A stretch of 64,000 nt of DNA from Somniosus microcephalus (Eukaryota). The stretch is from assembly GCA_052327205.1 (NCBI GenBank), contig CM126222.1, positions 35,092,001-35,156,000 of the forward strand, read 5' to 3'. Numbering within the stretch: position 1 is the first letter of the stretch; each line of letters opens with the position of its first letter. This document shows positions 39,640-53,513 of the stretch, in pieces. Position numbers and translations under genes: made by a program. The notes under the pieces are model-generated. The model ran no database searches. It was not told where the DNA came from and worked only from the letters and a program-made list of their open reading frames with translations.

Positions 39640-39937
39640 CAATGTTCCCCCTAATGTTTTGGGGGGATTGCCCCACCCACCCAGGCTCCCAGTAGCAGCT
39701 GCAGGCTCCCTTCCTAGGGTTGTGGCCCACTCCAGAGTGCTCCCTGCCCAACTGGAAGCCAAGCCTGTCAACCAGGCTGACTTCTGGGTGGGGATCCTGG
39801 TAAATAAAAAACAAAAAAATACGCACGCTGCAGAGTTAAAACTCAACAGCATGCGGGGAAAACCCAAACTTCCAGATTTCCCGTCTGAAACTCCGTTAAA
39901 GGGACTGCATGCCCCCAAAAAATTAGAGGGAACAATG
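39640..39937. mobile_element. hAT-like MITE
   Basis: 26-bp TIR caatgttccccctaatgttttggggg / cccccaaaaaattagagggaacaatg with 3 mismatches. Confidence 0.75.
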
Positions 39938-40492
39938 TCTTCCACCCTACATCTGAAACTCTGTCCATACCCTAACTCTCAAGTCCCATTCACCCATCAC
40001 CCCTCTGCCTTATTTATATATATATTCTCATCCTTGTTTTCAAATTCTTCCATGGCCACACCGCTCCCTATCTCTGTATCGTCCTCCAGCCCCAGAACCC
40101 TCGGATCTCTGCGCTCCTCCAATTGTGGCCTCATCCCCGATTTTAATCACTCCACCATTGACGGCCATGTCTTCTGTCTAGGCACTAAGCTCTGGAATTC
40201 CCTCCCTAAACCCCTCCGCGTCTCCACCACTCCCCTTGTTTAAGACGCTCCTTAAGTTGGAGTTGAGTTTGATAATCAGCCATGATCTTATTGAATGGTG
40301 GAGCAGGCTCGAGGGGCCATATGACCTACTCTTATTTCTTATGTTCTTAAACCACCTCTTTGACCAAGCTTTTGGTCATCTATCCTAATATCTCCTTATG
40401 TGGCTCGGTGTTAAATCTTGTTTGATTACGCTCCTGTGAGGCACCTTGCGATGTTTTACATGTTAAAGGCGCTATATAAATGCGAGTTGTTA
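39938..40492 (+). mobile_element. L2 3' fragment with a short CR1 tail nested at about 40256-40347
   Basis: ctaagctctggaattccctccct...aaaggcgctatataaatgc; CR1 tail cagccatgatcttattgaatgg inside. Confidence 0.85.
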
Positions 40493-41826
40493 TTCCTTCC
40501 TTCCAGTTGAAAGATGGTGAGGGGTCAAAACATGAAAGAGGAGGTAGTAAAGTTTTTAACAAAAATACAAAACCGTCCATCTAAATTGGAACAATCTGAT
40601 CTTGTTAAAATAAAAAACAAAAATGCAACTAAATTTTAATTTTTCAATACTATGCCCAAATGCAAGTGAACTCTGATTTAGTTGGCTTTCTCCTACATAT
40701 GTTATGAATTCAACAATCTGAGTTTGTGGTCGAGCGGTTTCATTCAAGTTCTGCATCCCGTAAACAATTTTTTTTAATGCTTCTAATATTTCAAAATGTC
40801 AATTCAAAAACTTCATTAGGCTCTTAAAACTGAACTTTTTTCCTAATTGCTCCTTTAAAATGTTTATGTATGAAGTGTACTTGTTTTCAGAATGTGTTTG
40901 GAATAAAGGCAGCAATGTTTTTTTTTAAATTACAAACATTGCTGTACTAGTGTGGCTGCATTCTGTGATTTTGATCTACAGATGGGGGCTGTATCACTTG
41001 TTGGCTCTTGGTATCGGTCTCAATTGAAATACATAAACCTAACTTCAGAGTTAATGCCTCGCTTTGGGCAGAATGCCAGGCAGCCAGGGAAAACAGCACC
41101 AGCTGATCAACCTAGGGGATAGGGCCAGCCAATAACAAATGGGTGTGATTACTTGAGGTTGTTTATGTAACCGTCCCTATATTGTGCACAGCCCTGATGG
41201 GGAATGCTCAGTGAGACTGTTTATTCACAGTATCATCTATAAATAACCATTTGCTCGTTTGAAAATGAGAGTTGCAGTTAAGTGTTTATAGTGACCACAA
41301 TATGGGATGTGTGAAGTCCATTTGCTTACTGACATATAGTCTGACCCTTTAAATGTGCTTCATTTTAACATTTCAGTTACTATGAAATACTAACAGTGCA
41401 ATTTCATACAGTTGTTGAATTTCTCTTCTGTGGCAGGGAAATAACGTCAAATTGATTTTTAATGAGTGTTTACTTTTTATTTTCCTAGTTTTCAAAAAAA
41501 TCTTGCAGGCCGGTTTTAAAAATGAATCGCCAGCTGGTTTGTTGAGCCTTGTATATGTAATGTTGCCTACATAAAATGGCTAACTTTTGCAGTACCAACT
41601 GCTGTAACAACTGTCCGAGAGATTGAGCTCAAGGACTTGCACAAAATAAAGCATTGGACTGCTCATAGTTTTGAGCCGCACAGGTTAAGGTCCAAAAAAG
41701 CAACGTGCAGTTTCTTTAAACATTCTCAAGTTTTAAAATCTACATTGTGAAACTGCCAGCTGAAAGTGTGTTGTGTGTATATCTAATGTAAAATATAGCA
41801 CTAATGTAAGAGTCTTGTGAAGTAGC

Positions 41827-42483
41827 GGCCCGCATTTTCCGATGTGTACGAGCTGTGTCCACACCCGTAGGGACCTCGCAAGTGCCAGTTTCAGGCATGC
41901 GAAGCGCATGCGCTGAAAACCGGCACTTCCGATCTGTCAAGAGTCCTCTTAACATCCTCCGCCTGCCCGGGAGAAGGGCCTCTGCGGGGGGAGAATTCCG
42001 CTTTCTGCAGAACCTCCGCCCGCTGAAATCCCTTAAAAATCTTATGCCTGGTAAAAGCAAGTGCAAGGCCTGCTTTTACCAGCATAAGAGCTTAAGTGTT
42101 AAATATTTTCCCCCCCTCCATATTTTTAATTAAAAACTTTTTTAAAAGGTACATTTATTTTTATCCCCGTTTCAAAAAATTAAATTTCTGTTTAAAATAA
42201 TTTTAACTAATTTTAAAAACGTTTTAAAAAATTTATTTAATGTTTTGATATGTTTTTTCAGCAATCCCCCATCCATACTTTTGACAGGTCTAAGCTGTCG
42301 AAAGTATGAAGGGGGATGCCCTCCTTCCGCTCGTGATCCCAGGGACGCTTGTGAACTGCCTGCGCCCCTGGGATACCTGGGCCCTGTGCATTTCGTAGAG
42401 CAGAAGCCCAGGAGCGAAATGGCGGACCTCTAGAGCCCTCCGGTATGGGCACGCAGGAAGCCTCCGATCGGAAAATACAGGCC
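41827..42483. mobile_element. Harbinger-like MITE about 140 bp upstream of exon 2
   Basis: TIR ggcccgcattttccgat / atcggaaaatacaggcc; GC-rich arms and AT-rich centre; target duplication unclear. Confidence 0.75.
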
Positions 42484-42577
42484 ATTATTCAGCGCTTCGG
42501 CGCTTTCCAAAATGACACTTTATTGTATCTGTGTAAAATGTAAAAATAAAATCTATATAAGGATAAGGGAACCTTAA

Positions 42578-42820
<243 letters not shown>

Positions 42821-43699
42821 TAAGCTGCTGGATAACTCCAGGTTTCTGCACTCCAAATTCTGTTGTTTGTGTTAATTTATTACAGTGCAAGTCAAGTTAG
42901 GAGAGGTGACCGAAATCTTCATTAAAAAGATGGGTTTTCAGATTTTAAAGATAAAGGGAGAAATGTCGCAGAGGCAGATTTGAGAGAGGGAGTTCTAGGG
43001 AGTAGTGAGATGTAGGTGATCTGCAACATTATGCCCAGCATATTTACCATATAAGCAAAGGTTTGGGAATGGCAATATGTAGCATTGCCATCCTCTGCCT
43101 TTTTATGACCTTCCTCGTGGGCATTGGATTCTTCTGACCTTCCTCGTAGTCCCTAAATGTCTCCGACTCTCCTTGCAGACTCTCAACCAGCCCCATACTG
43201 ACCACTTGTATTTCTACTGATCAACCCATCTTCTGCAGACTTCCTTGCCATGCCTAACTCTCAGCTCCTTTTTTATGTAATGAGAACCCCACGTTCACCT
43301 ATTTTGGCTGCCACCAGGACTCAAAAACCCATCTATTGATCTCTCCCATTGACCCTGCACCACCCACTCTATCTGTCCCACTGTCGCCTGTCTCTACTTC
43401 CCTTTACCCCTTTTTTCTTTTAGCATGTCCCACTTGGGATGTGCAGATTTTATCCTATTTCTCCTTATGCTGCCCCAGGCTTAAATCTCTTGCAATGAGC
43501 CCACAGCCTTCCTCTGCTCCACTCTTGGTATTCCCACTAGCCACTATGGCACTAGCCACTGGCTCTTGCAGAGTAGCAACCCCAACTTCCTTGTCCCATT
43601 AATGGCAACCACCCTGCCCAGCTTGTTCCTCGGGGTTTAACCTCCTCCCCATTCCTCTTTCATCTCTTTTCTCCACACCACCCCCCCCCCCCCCCCCCC

Positions 43700-45160
43700 C
43701 CCAACCCCTTCCCCTGCAAGGTCCCATTGGTGGGTCATCAACAACTGGTCCACATAGTATCTCCCTCCAGAATTTTTGCTTTCTCACAAACAAAGGACTC
43801 ACCATCTATACCCTAATTGAGGAAAAATCAACTAATGGTTTGGAGCTGACTGGAACCTGGCTTACAGACCATGACTCCTTCCCCTTTCATTGAAACCTCT
43901 TTGCCAAGCTACAGCTTTCACACAGCCCTGCCCAGACCACAACAGCAACATGGCTCTCATTGCCAAGTTCTACCTGTCAGGGGTTCCCCTTTTTCCTCAG
44001 GCATATTTTCTTCATTCAATCACCTCATTCTCTTCCACACCTACCTTTCATCTGAATTCTTTGTTGTCTACTGCCCTCCCAAGTCTCCTGATGCTTTCCT
44101 TGCAGAGATCTCCTTCAGCCAGTGCACGGAACAATTTACTTATCCTCAGTGACTTTAACCACCAGCTTAGTTCTCCTAATTCCCTCTTCTCAGTCCACCT
44201 GCTCTCCATTTAATTAACCTTCACATCAACTTCCCTACCTATAGCCATGACCAGCGGATCAAATTTAAAATCTTTGGTTTCATATCCATGTATACCCTCC
44301 CTGCTTTTTAAAAGTCTTGTCAAAACACATCGGCCTAGAAATTCAGTTTGGGCCCGCCAGCTCACTTGCGCCCAGAAGTTACCGCTGCGCGTGGAGCCAT
44401 TTGCGCCCGCAGGAAATTCAGTTTCAGCCCCCCAAGTCGAAGCCGACCGCTATTCAAGGGTTTCGGCGCCCCCGCTTGGGGCGCTGAAACTGAATATCGG
44501 CGCGCTAGGTGCCGCAGCGCCACCCGCTGCGGAGCGGCAGGCTGCGGTACTGCAGGCCTTTCTCCCTCTCTTGGGGGAGGTGCCTGCAACAGTGAGATCG
44601 CCGCTCGCTAGTGCCGGCAAATGAGCCCGGCACCACGGAGAAGTGTCGGGCTCCCGGAAAACAGCCGGCAATGCCGTGGTGGGGGGGGTGGAGGAGGCCG
44701 GGGAAGGAGGTGTGGGCAGGCGGCTGCCGAAAAAGCGGCCGGCTGCACCTCCGCCTTAACTCGCCCCACTAACGCTACAGTACGGCCCCGTTTTCTGATC
44801 GCTGTTTGCGGCCGCTGCGGAAGAGGCGGCCGCAACTCAATGTGGCGGTCAGGCCGGTAGCGGGGCACTGCGCACACCGATGACGTCATCGGTGGCGGCG
44901 CAGCGCTACTGGCTAACGTCGCCATTACCGCAGCGCTGAATATCGGCGAAAGCTCAGCAAGTGGTGCAAAAGCCCTCTTTGGGCGAAAACTGGGCGCAAA
45001 GCCTACTGAATTTCTAGCCCATCCTTTCTACCAAGCTTTTGGTCACCTCTCCTCTCCTAACCTCACAAAGGCTTGATACCTGCTCCTTTTTTCCCCTCAG
45101 TGAAGTGTCTTCGAATGTCTTAACTATGTTAAAGGCATTGTATATATGCCTCGTCCTCAT
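43700..45160 (+). mobile_element. Highly degenerate L2 (endonuclease region and tail) interrupted by a MITE
   Basis: tccagaat...tgactggaacctgg and cctcagtgactttaac remnants; tail ccaagcttttggtcacc after 45023. Confidence 0.55.
44332..45020 (+). mobile_element. GC-rich PIF/Harbinger MITE, copy 3
   Basis: TIR ggcctagaaatt / aatttctagccc; ATC duplication. Confidence 0.9.
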
Positions 45161-45282
45161 TGTCTTTTATTATACTGTTCTCGTCTCTCATACTGCAGCT
45201 TGATCACACTATACTATTTTCAAAGTGAGTGCCACTATAAATAATCATTTAACCCTTATTTTTCTTTTAATTCAGTTAGTAA

Positions 45283-45540
<258 letters not shown>

Positions 45541-45962
45541 TGACCAACTATTCAGAATGAGGAAGACAGTAAACAACCGGATTTGTATGATGTAAAATAA
45601 AATACATATTTTTTCATCGGCAAATATGTGAAAGCACTTCACACTCTCTTTTATATATGGATACAAATGTTAATTTTTAATTGAGCGCCCATCTGTCTGT
45701 TGTATCAGAGTGCAATGCAAGTAATTCAGGAAGCTTTTTTTTTTGCTAAAGCATAATTGAAGTTTATAACTCTATATTCATTTTCTTCTCGCTCTTTCCC
45801 CCCCCCCCCCCTTGTATTTTTTACGTCCTGTACGTGATTGCTTGATGTCAAGGACAGATAGATGAGCTATGCGCGCATGTTTGCAGTGGTACGCTACACC
45901 AGACACTGGAAGTTATATCTGACATGGATCTACTTGCCCTCTAAATTGCTGCTATTCCCTAT

Positions 45963-46372
45963 AAAGAAAGAAAGAGCTTCCATTTATATAGTGCCTTTCA
46001 CGCCCTGGGGACACCCCAAAGCGCTTCACAGCCAGTGAAGTATTTCTGAAGTGTAATCACTGTCTTAATGTAGGGAAATGCGACAACCTATTTGTGCACA
46101 GCAAGATTCCACAAACAGCAATGAAACAGACGATCTGTTTGTGAAATTTGGTTGAGATAAATAATGGTGAACTCCCCAGCCCTTCTTGGAGTGCTACCAT
46201 GTGATCTTTTCTGCTCACCTGAGTGGGCAGGCACAGCCTCTGCTTAATAACTCATCCAACAGACAATGCCCTCAGTGCTGCAATGATGTGTCAGCCTAGA
46301 TTATGTGCCCAAGTCTCTGGAATGGGTTTGTGCTCAGAGGCAAGAGTGCTGCTGACTGAACCATGGCTGACA
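45963..46372 (-). mobile_element. Deu SINE
   Basis: catttatatagtgcctttca tail, tgtcagcctagattatgtgc core. Confidence 0.85.
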
Positions 46373-47533
46373 TTACTTGTATTACATTCTGTTAAAACAG
46401 ACAGATAAAACCCCATAGTTTGTATGGGGAAATTAGTTTCTTGCTATTCCACTACAGAACTGCAGTAACAAGGGGATATAACACAGCATTTTATAGCTTG
46501 AAAATCCCATATATTTTGACTACATTTTGGTGTTTCAAAAAATATGGTTGTACAGCATTAGTGCATTAACAGTAATCAAATCTGTTTTACCTGTACTAAC
46601 CAAAGTTAATTATTGTGCTGTTTCATGCGAATGTACTTCAAGTTGTCTTCAGAATTAAACTACATGAAATTGTAAGTATGCAAGAGGGAATCTATATTAG
46701 ATGTTTCTTTAATTTCCATTTTAAAGGAGATTCAAAATGACTGGAGACATCTTAAGCAATGTAAAAACTCAATCCATTTTCTGAAAGGGCAACCTAAGAG
46801 CCAGATTTATTTTCAATCTCCTTTTGATGAATTTATGTTTACGTTGAGCATTGCTGGTCAGATAAAGCATGGATTAGGTGCAGTATAAAGTTCTGTCTGC
46901 TCTGCCCGAACAATATGTCATGACCAACCTTAGAAGAGCAGCCCCTGTTACACTAGTGTAATATGTTCTAATGCCCGTCTAAGTGAGATTGACACGAGTT
47001 CCAGTTTGTTTTCTGTTGTATAATGTACATCTGCATCCACGCAGCTCTTCGCGGAGTGCCCAAACTCAGTTCATGTATAACACTTTCAGCTAGGGGACAG
47101 AGGGGAAACATCAGTCTAGGCTGTACTTGAATCTACTAAAATAATAAATTCCTAATTTCAAAAAACGTCGACCAAAGCAAATCCCAAACTTCTGTTTATA
47201 AAACCGGACTGAAAAATGTAAGAGCTGTATCAGTAAATGTGTTAGCGTCTGTTTTAAAAAGCCATACCAAATCAGTTAAAACCATTGAGTTCTTTTCATA
47301 ACATTGATTATGAATATGGAGCTTGGAAGCAGCGCACAATATCACAGTGTGATCAGTCAGAAGGAACTTTTTGGTGGAAGTGTTTTGACTATTGAAAAGT
47401 ATGAACTATTCCGTTTTGAGCGATATGCACCACTAATGTTTTTAAGAAAAATGAAAAGACTTTTCAATAATGAATCAGTAAACTCTTAAAACATGTTCCT
47501 ATTTTCTAGAATTAACCGAATGTTCTTTGATGA

Positions 47534-47713
<180 letters not shown>

Positions 47714-47782
47714 TAACAAAAATTGTGATGCACGATTTCCTGTGTGGTTTCAAAGTCACTTATGCAATTCAGTAGAATCTAA

Positions 47783-48088
<306 letters not shown>

Positions 48089-49949
48089 TAGTAACTTACA
48101 ACGGCATTCAGCTTTTAAAAAATCTATTCATTGTAAATTCAGCATTTTTGCCCAATAAGAGTCTATTGTAATGGAGTGTTATTTTCTGATTAACGTAGCC
48201 TAGTGGGTTAAATGCTGATGCTCCGAATGCCCTAAATGGGTTTTTTAATGTCATTGGTAGTTAAGTATTGCAAGTGACCCTTGATTATAACTGTATAAGT
48301 ACAGACTGAGAAATAATGTTTTTTAATTTGGTTTAGTTCATGCGCTAGTGAGATTCTTTACAACCAACCCAAAAAATTGAACTCCAATTTGGCAAGAAAA
48401 AATGCTTTTTGGTTTATATTCAGGCAAAATGTGTAATTGGAAGACTGATATTTAAAAAGGTTGTATATAAAATTTCTATCCAATAACACGGCGTTGTAAA
48501 TTGTTACATATCTATATAAACCCTAAATATAGGAATAGTGATAGTTTTATTTTTAACGAATTTCTCTACACTATGGGTATCTGTTTGCTGCAGCTTTGTG
48601 TTCAGTCATAAGTATTTTATGCCACATTAACACTTGCAGTGAAAATGGAAAACCGATTTCTTGTGGACGTTTCTCAAATCTCAGCAGTGAGTGAAATGAA
48701 GAATCTAAAATTGAAGTGATGATTAGCCATCATACTTTAGTTGCATTAATTCCCATGTTGGATATTTTGCAATGAGAACATTCAGTCAGTGTAGTGCAGC
48801 TGATGTCTTCTAAATATAAAGCACTGTATTAAATTGCATTATGGAGAGAAGAGAAGCAGCATCCATTTACTGTGGTCCAGAAAGTTCTTTAGGGTGCCAC
48901 CTGCTGGAATGCTGAAGAAACTGAAGAAAGAATGTAAGTTCAGTAAGTAACCAGGGAGAAAACGGGGGTGGGGGAGTGCTAATTTAAAATTGTTATTTGT
49001 GCTGATGTGATAGTCAGAAGTGGCCTCACCTGTGAAAGTCATAGTTACAACGTGATTCATTGTGCAAGTGTTTGCGGTTTGTTGCTGATGCAATGATGAG
49101 AAACGTATGTGACATATGCTCAATGGAACTGACCTCTATCCCTCAACCTGAATAAACTGAGAAAATGTGGAGTGGCAGATCAGGAAATGCAAAGATAGCT
49201 TACTGGCAGTCCAGCAAAAGCACAGAGATGATGCATAAAATGGAGATACTGGTCTAGAGGTTACATGTGCACACAACATTCCACAGTCTGCTATCTTAAC
49301 ACAGATTATACCCATTTATTTTAAATGGGTAACATCTCCATTGAAATAGCAGAGGGGAATGTCATACTAATGTGTTAAGCATTTGTCTGCTGACATCGTT
49401 GGCAGTAAAACTATAGACACAGACAGTAAGGAAAAGGGAACTGTGAACAGTTAGGGAACATTGAGATGGTAGCTGTAGAATCCATAAAGTGTACGAAAAA
49501 AATTAGGTTTGGATAGCGTTCACTTAAACCAATTGCAGGACATGTGCAAGTACTCGTCCCCTTCTCAACCTGCGTCTCAATCTTGATCCTCGCTGTTCTT
49601 GACCCTTTTTAGCCCTTGGAGAGTTCGCATATTATGACTGAAGGAGTTTTGTGTGCTGCTGCTTCTGAATTAAACATTGGGTGGATTTTCATTGTGGACA
49701 AATAAATCTCAACTAAATGCTACTTAACTAGCCCCAATGTTCTCACTTCTGGAGGCCAAGTCTCACCAAAAAAATTCTCAAAACCTTTCACCCACCCACT
49801 AAAGGCACCAGATTATTTTCTGGGGATTCAGAGGCATTGCGCCCCGGAAAATGTAACTCATGATGCTTTGTGCATTTAAAAAAAATAAAAAATAAAAAAT
49901 CTCTTCCCGTCTGAGCTACTTCTCTGCAATCTCCATTTGAACATGATCT

Positions 49950-51120
49950 GCTTTGGCAACACGTGGCTGACAGGGAGAAGAGCCCTTGCTGTCGGGGTAA
50001 CCAGGATCAGGGACATACTGGATGCAGGCGAAGTGGGCTGGATGTCCCGGCGTTATGTCCCGCCTATGGCCAAAGCCATCTAGGCACTAAAAACTAGTTG
50101 TGGCCCTGACTCCGTTGGATGTGTCAAGCAGCTAGGTATTCTGTGGCGAGTGCATCACCTCCTGACTCCCCAAAGCCTTTCCACCATCTACAAGGCACAA
50201 GTAAGGAGTGTGATGGAATACTCTCCACTTGCCTGGATGCGTGCAGCTCCAACAACACTCAAGAAGCTCGACGCCATCCAAGACAAAGCAGCCCGCTTGA
50301 TTGGCACCCCATCCACCACCTTAAACATTCACTCGCTCCACCACTGGCGCACCATGGCTGCAGTGTGTACCATCTACAAGATGCACTGCAGCAACTCACC
50401 AAGGCTTTCCCAAACCCGAGACCTCTACCACCTAGAAGGACATGGGCAGCAGGCGCATGGGAACACCATCACCTCGAAGTTCCCCTCCAAGTCACACACC
50501 ATCCTGGCTTAGAATTATATTGCCGATCCTTCATCGTCACTGGATCAAAATCCTGGAACTCCGTACCTAACAGCACTGTTGGGAGTACCTTCACCACACG
50601 GACTGCAGCGGTTCAAGAAGGTGGCTCACCATCACCTTCTCGAGGGCAATTAGGGATGGGCAATAAATGCTGGCCTTGCCAGCAACGCCAGCATCCCATA
50701 AACAAATCTTTTAAAAAGTCTCATGCATGTGGAGCGATTGTCAGATTTCACCACCATTAGGACAAAGTTGCTCATCGGCGCCTGGCCCCAAAACCTCCCT
50801 CGGGAACATCTGCGTCACAGCTGGAGCTTCCTCGAACATTCTCTGTGCCGTTCCATTCTGCACTGAGGGATTTCCTGCATAGGTTATTGCTGTACACTCT
50901 ACACTTCCTTTCCCTCTTCCGTCCGGACATGCTTTGGGGAAACATCTTGCTGGCCAGTAGAGGCGAGTGTCCCCAATTGAAATCCTTGTATTTGGGGCTC
51001 AGCACCTGTAGCATTGGGGATCTGAGGGTGGAGCGTACAGCACAGAACAGTGGTTCCCAATGCCCTACTGAGCCACTTCAGATACTCGGGCTGTGCGTTC
51101 ATTCTGTTGGCTCTTCTTCC
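49950..51120 (+). mobile_element. Tx1/L1-clade ORF2 remnant, interrupted by a family B LINE
   Basis: LLLYTLHFLSLFRPDMLW...QLKSLYLG...IGDL resembles the recalled Tx1 ORF2 C-terminal region. Confidence 0.55.
50130..50716 (+). mobile_element. Family B LINE 3' fragment
   Basis: HLLTPQSLSTIYKAQVRSVMEYSPLAW; reverse complement of about 14370-14940. Confidence 0.9.
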
Positions 51121-51535
51121 ACTATTTAAAGGAGTTTCTTAATTTTTGGATAAATTTTAGTTCCAACACTACTGATCTTTGATCACTTGATAGGTGGGGG
51201 AGGGGTAAGCAGATTGAAGAACCTCCTCATGAGTTTGCTATTGGGTCTGGCTAAAATAGCTATTCATAAGTCCAGGGTGTGTAGGATCCACATGTGGAGG
51301 GTCACTCCAACAGCTTGCGCCTCATCCTTGTCTGCGCGAGCAGCCCTGTAGAGAGATCACGCTATGTTCACCAGTACACTTGCAGCCTTTTATGACTGGT
51401 AGACGCTGCAGGATGTTAATTGCATTAAGGGGATAAAAAATTATTATTTAACTTTATTTTTATTTTGTACTTATCTTAGTTTGGACAGACCATCTGTGCT
51501 AGTCATGTATTAATGGTGCAATAGATATGAAAGTA

Positions 51536-52238
51536 CAGGTAGACTATCCTTTATCCGCACTTCCGAAAACGGAAAACCTCTAAAAACCGAAAGTTTTTTC
51601 GTGGAGCGTAAGTCGTGCGCACGACATGACCCGAGTGGCGCCAAACATGACGGGAGTGGTCCGGGAGCTCTGCCTTTCCCTGTGAACAGGGCAGAGGTTC
51701 AGAGTTCCCTCCTGGGTAGGAGATTGCAGGCCGAGCCGGGCAGTGTGAAGGACGTACCGGGAGAGTGAACCCAACAATACAGCGGCCCGTCCGATAGTCT
51801 TTTCTTCCTCTTTCTCCACCCCCCCCCCCCCCGACCTGATTTGCGGGCCAGCTTAGTGTAGGAGTCAGCCGATATCCGGCTTTCCCACAACTGGCGGCGG
51901 CAGTCGAGCCCCAGACCCCCGCTAAGTCAAGGAATTCAGATACGGAGCAGGGGGAGCCGGAAACTTCGATCTAACAGCAGAAATCAGCAGCCGTTTTGTT
52001 AGGTTTTTTTTCTTCCCCTAGCATTTATTTTTAAACAGTCAGGCTGTGGAAAGAGTCTCTCTAGCTTAGCAACAGCTTCAGAGACGCTTCCAAGGCAGGG
52101 CCCGAGTGTTTACAAGCTGTTGTTAAGCAACAGTGTTTGTTGTCCGACACGGAGATGAAAACCTTCTGAAATCCGAAAAGTTCCGAAAACCGAAACACAG
52201 CTGGTCCCAAGGTTTTCGGATAAAGGATAGTCTACCTG
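51536..52238. mobile_element. pogo/Tigger-type non-autonomous DNA transposon
   Basis: Perfect 22-bp TIR caggtagactatcctttatccg; TA duplication; subterminal ccgaaa repeats. Confidence 0.92.
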
Positions 52239-52369
52239 TATGTTTCTGTAATAACCCACCACATTTCTTTCCCACTTGTCTACCCTGGTCTGCTATTTCT
52301 TTAATCCAACTTATGTAATTGCTTCCAGTCGAGCATTGTTTTGAACACTCCTGGATCATCCTAATGGGA

Positions 52370-53513
52370 ATAGAAACATAGGAACAGGAGTAGGCCATTC
52401 AGCCCCTCGAGCCTCCACCGCCATTCAATGAGAGCATGGCTGATCTGCGACCTAACTCCATATACCTGCAGTTGGCCCATATTTGGTTAACAGAAAGCTA
52501 TCAATTAACAATTGATCTAGCATCAATTGCCATTTGCCGAAGAGAGTGCCAAACTTCTTCTACCCTTTGTGTGTAGGAGTTTTTCCTAATTTCACTCCTG
52601 AAAGGCCTGGCTCTAATTTTTAGACTATGCCCCCTAGTCCTAGAATCCCCAACCAGTGGAAATAGTTTCTCTCTATCTACACTATCTGTTCCCCTTAATA
52701 TCTTGGAAACTTCGATCAGATCACCCCTTAACCTTCTAATTTCTAGGGAATACAACCCTGATTTGTGTAATCTCGCCTTGTAACTTAACCCTTGGAGTCC
52801 AGGTATCATTCTGGTAAACCTACACTGCACTCCCTCCAAGGCCAATATATCCTTCCTACGGTGTGGTGCCCAGAACTGCTCACAGTACTCCAGGTGTGGT
52901 CTAACCAGGGTTTTGTATAGCTGCAGTATAACTTCTACCCCCTTGTATTCTAGCCCTCTAGATATAAAAGCCAGCATCCCATTAGCCTTTTTGATTATTT
53001 TCTGTACCTGTTCATGACATTTTAATGATCTATGTACCTGGACCCCCAAGTCTCTTTGGATCTCCACTGTTTTTAGCTTTTCACCATTTAGAAAGTACCC
53101 TGTTCTGTCCTTGTTAGGTCCAAAGTGGATGACCTCACATTTGCCTACATTGAAATCCATTTGCCACAATTTTGCCCATTCGCTTAATCTGTCAATATCC
53201 CTTTGTAATTTTACGCTTCCATCTACACTGCCTATAATTCCACCTATCTTTGTGTCATCGGCAAATTTGGATATATGACTTTCTATGCCATCATCTAAGT
53301 CGTTAATAAATACTGTGAATAGTTGAGGCCCCAACACCGATCCCTGTGGGACACCACTAGTCACCTCCTGCCAATTTGAGTACCTACCCATTATCCCTAC
53401 TGCCTGTCTCCTGCTGCTCAGCCAATTTCCTAACCAGGTCAATAATTTGCCCTCATTTCCATGGGCTTCTACCTTAGCTTACAGTCTCTTATGTGGGACT
53501 TTATCAAATGCCT
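52370..53513 (-). mobile_element. 5'-truncated CR1 LINE with 313-aa RT-terminal ORF
   Basis: [39 protein letters not shown]; CR1 tail at about 52370-52460. Confidence 0.95.

Noticed and set aside
45835-45926. C/D box snoRNA (atgtca...ctgacat)
   Set aside because: No canonical C box and no recognisable guide sequence.
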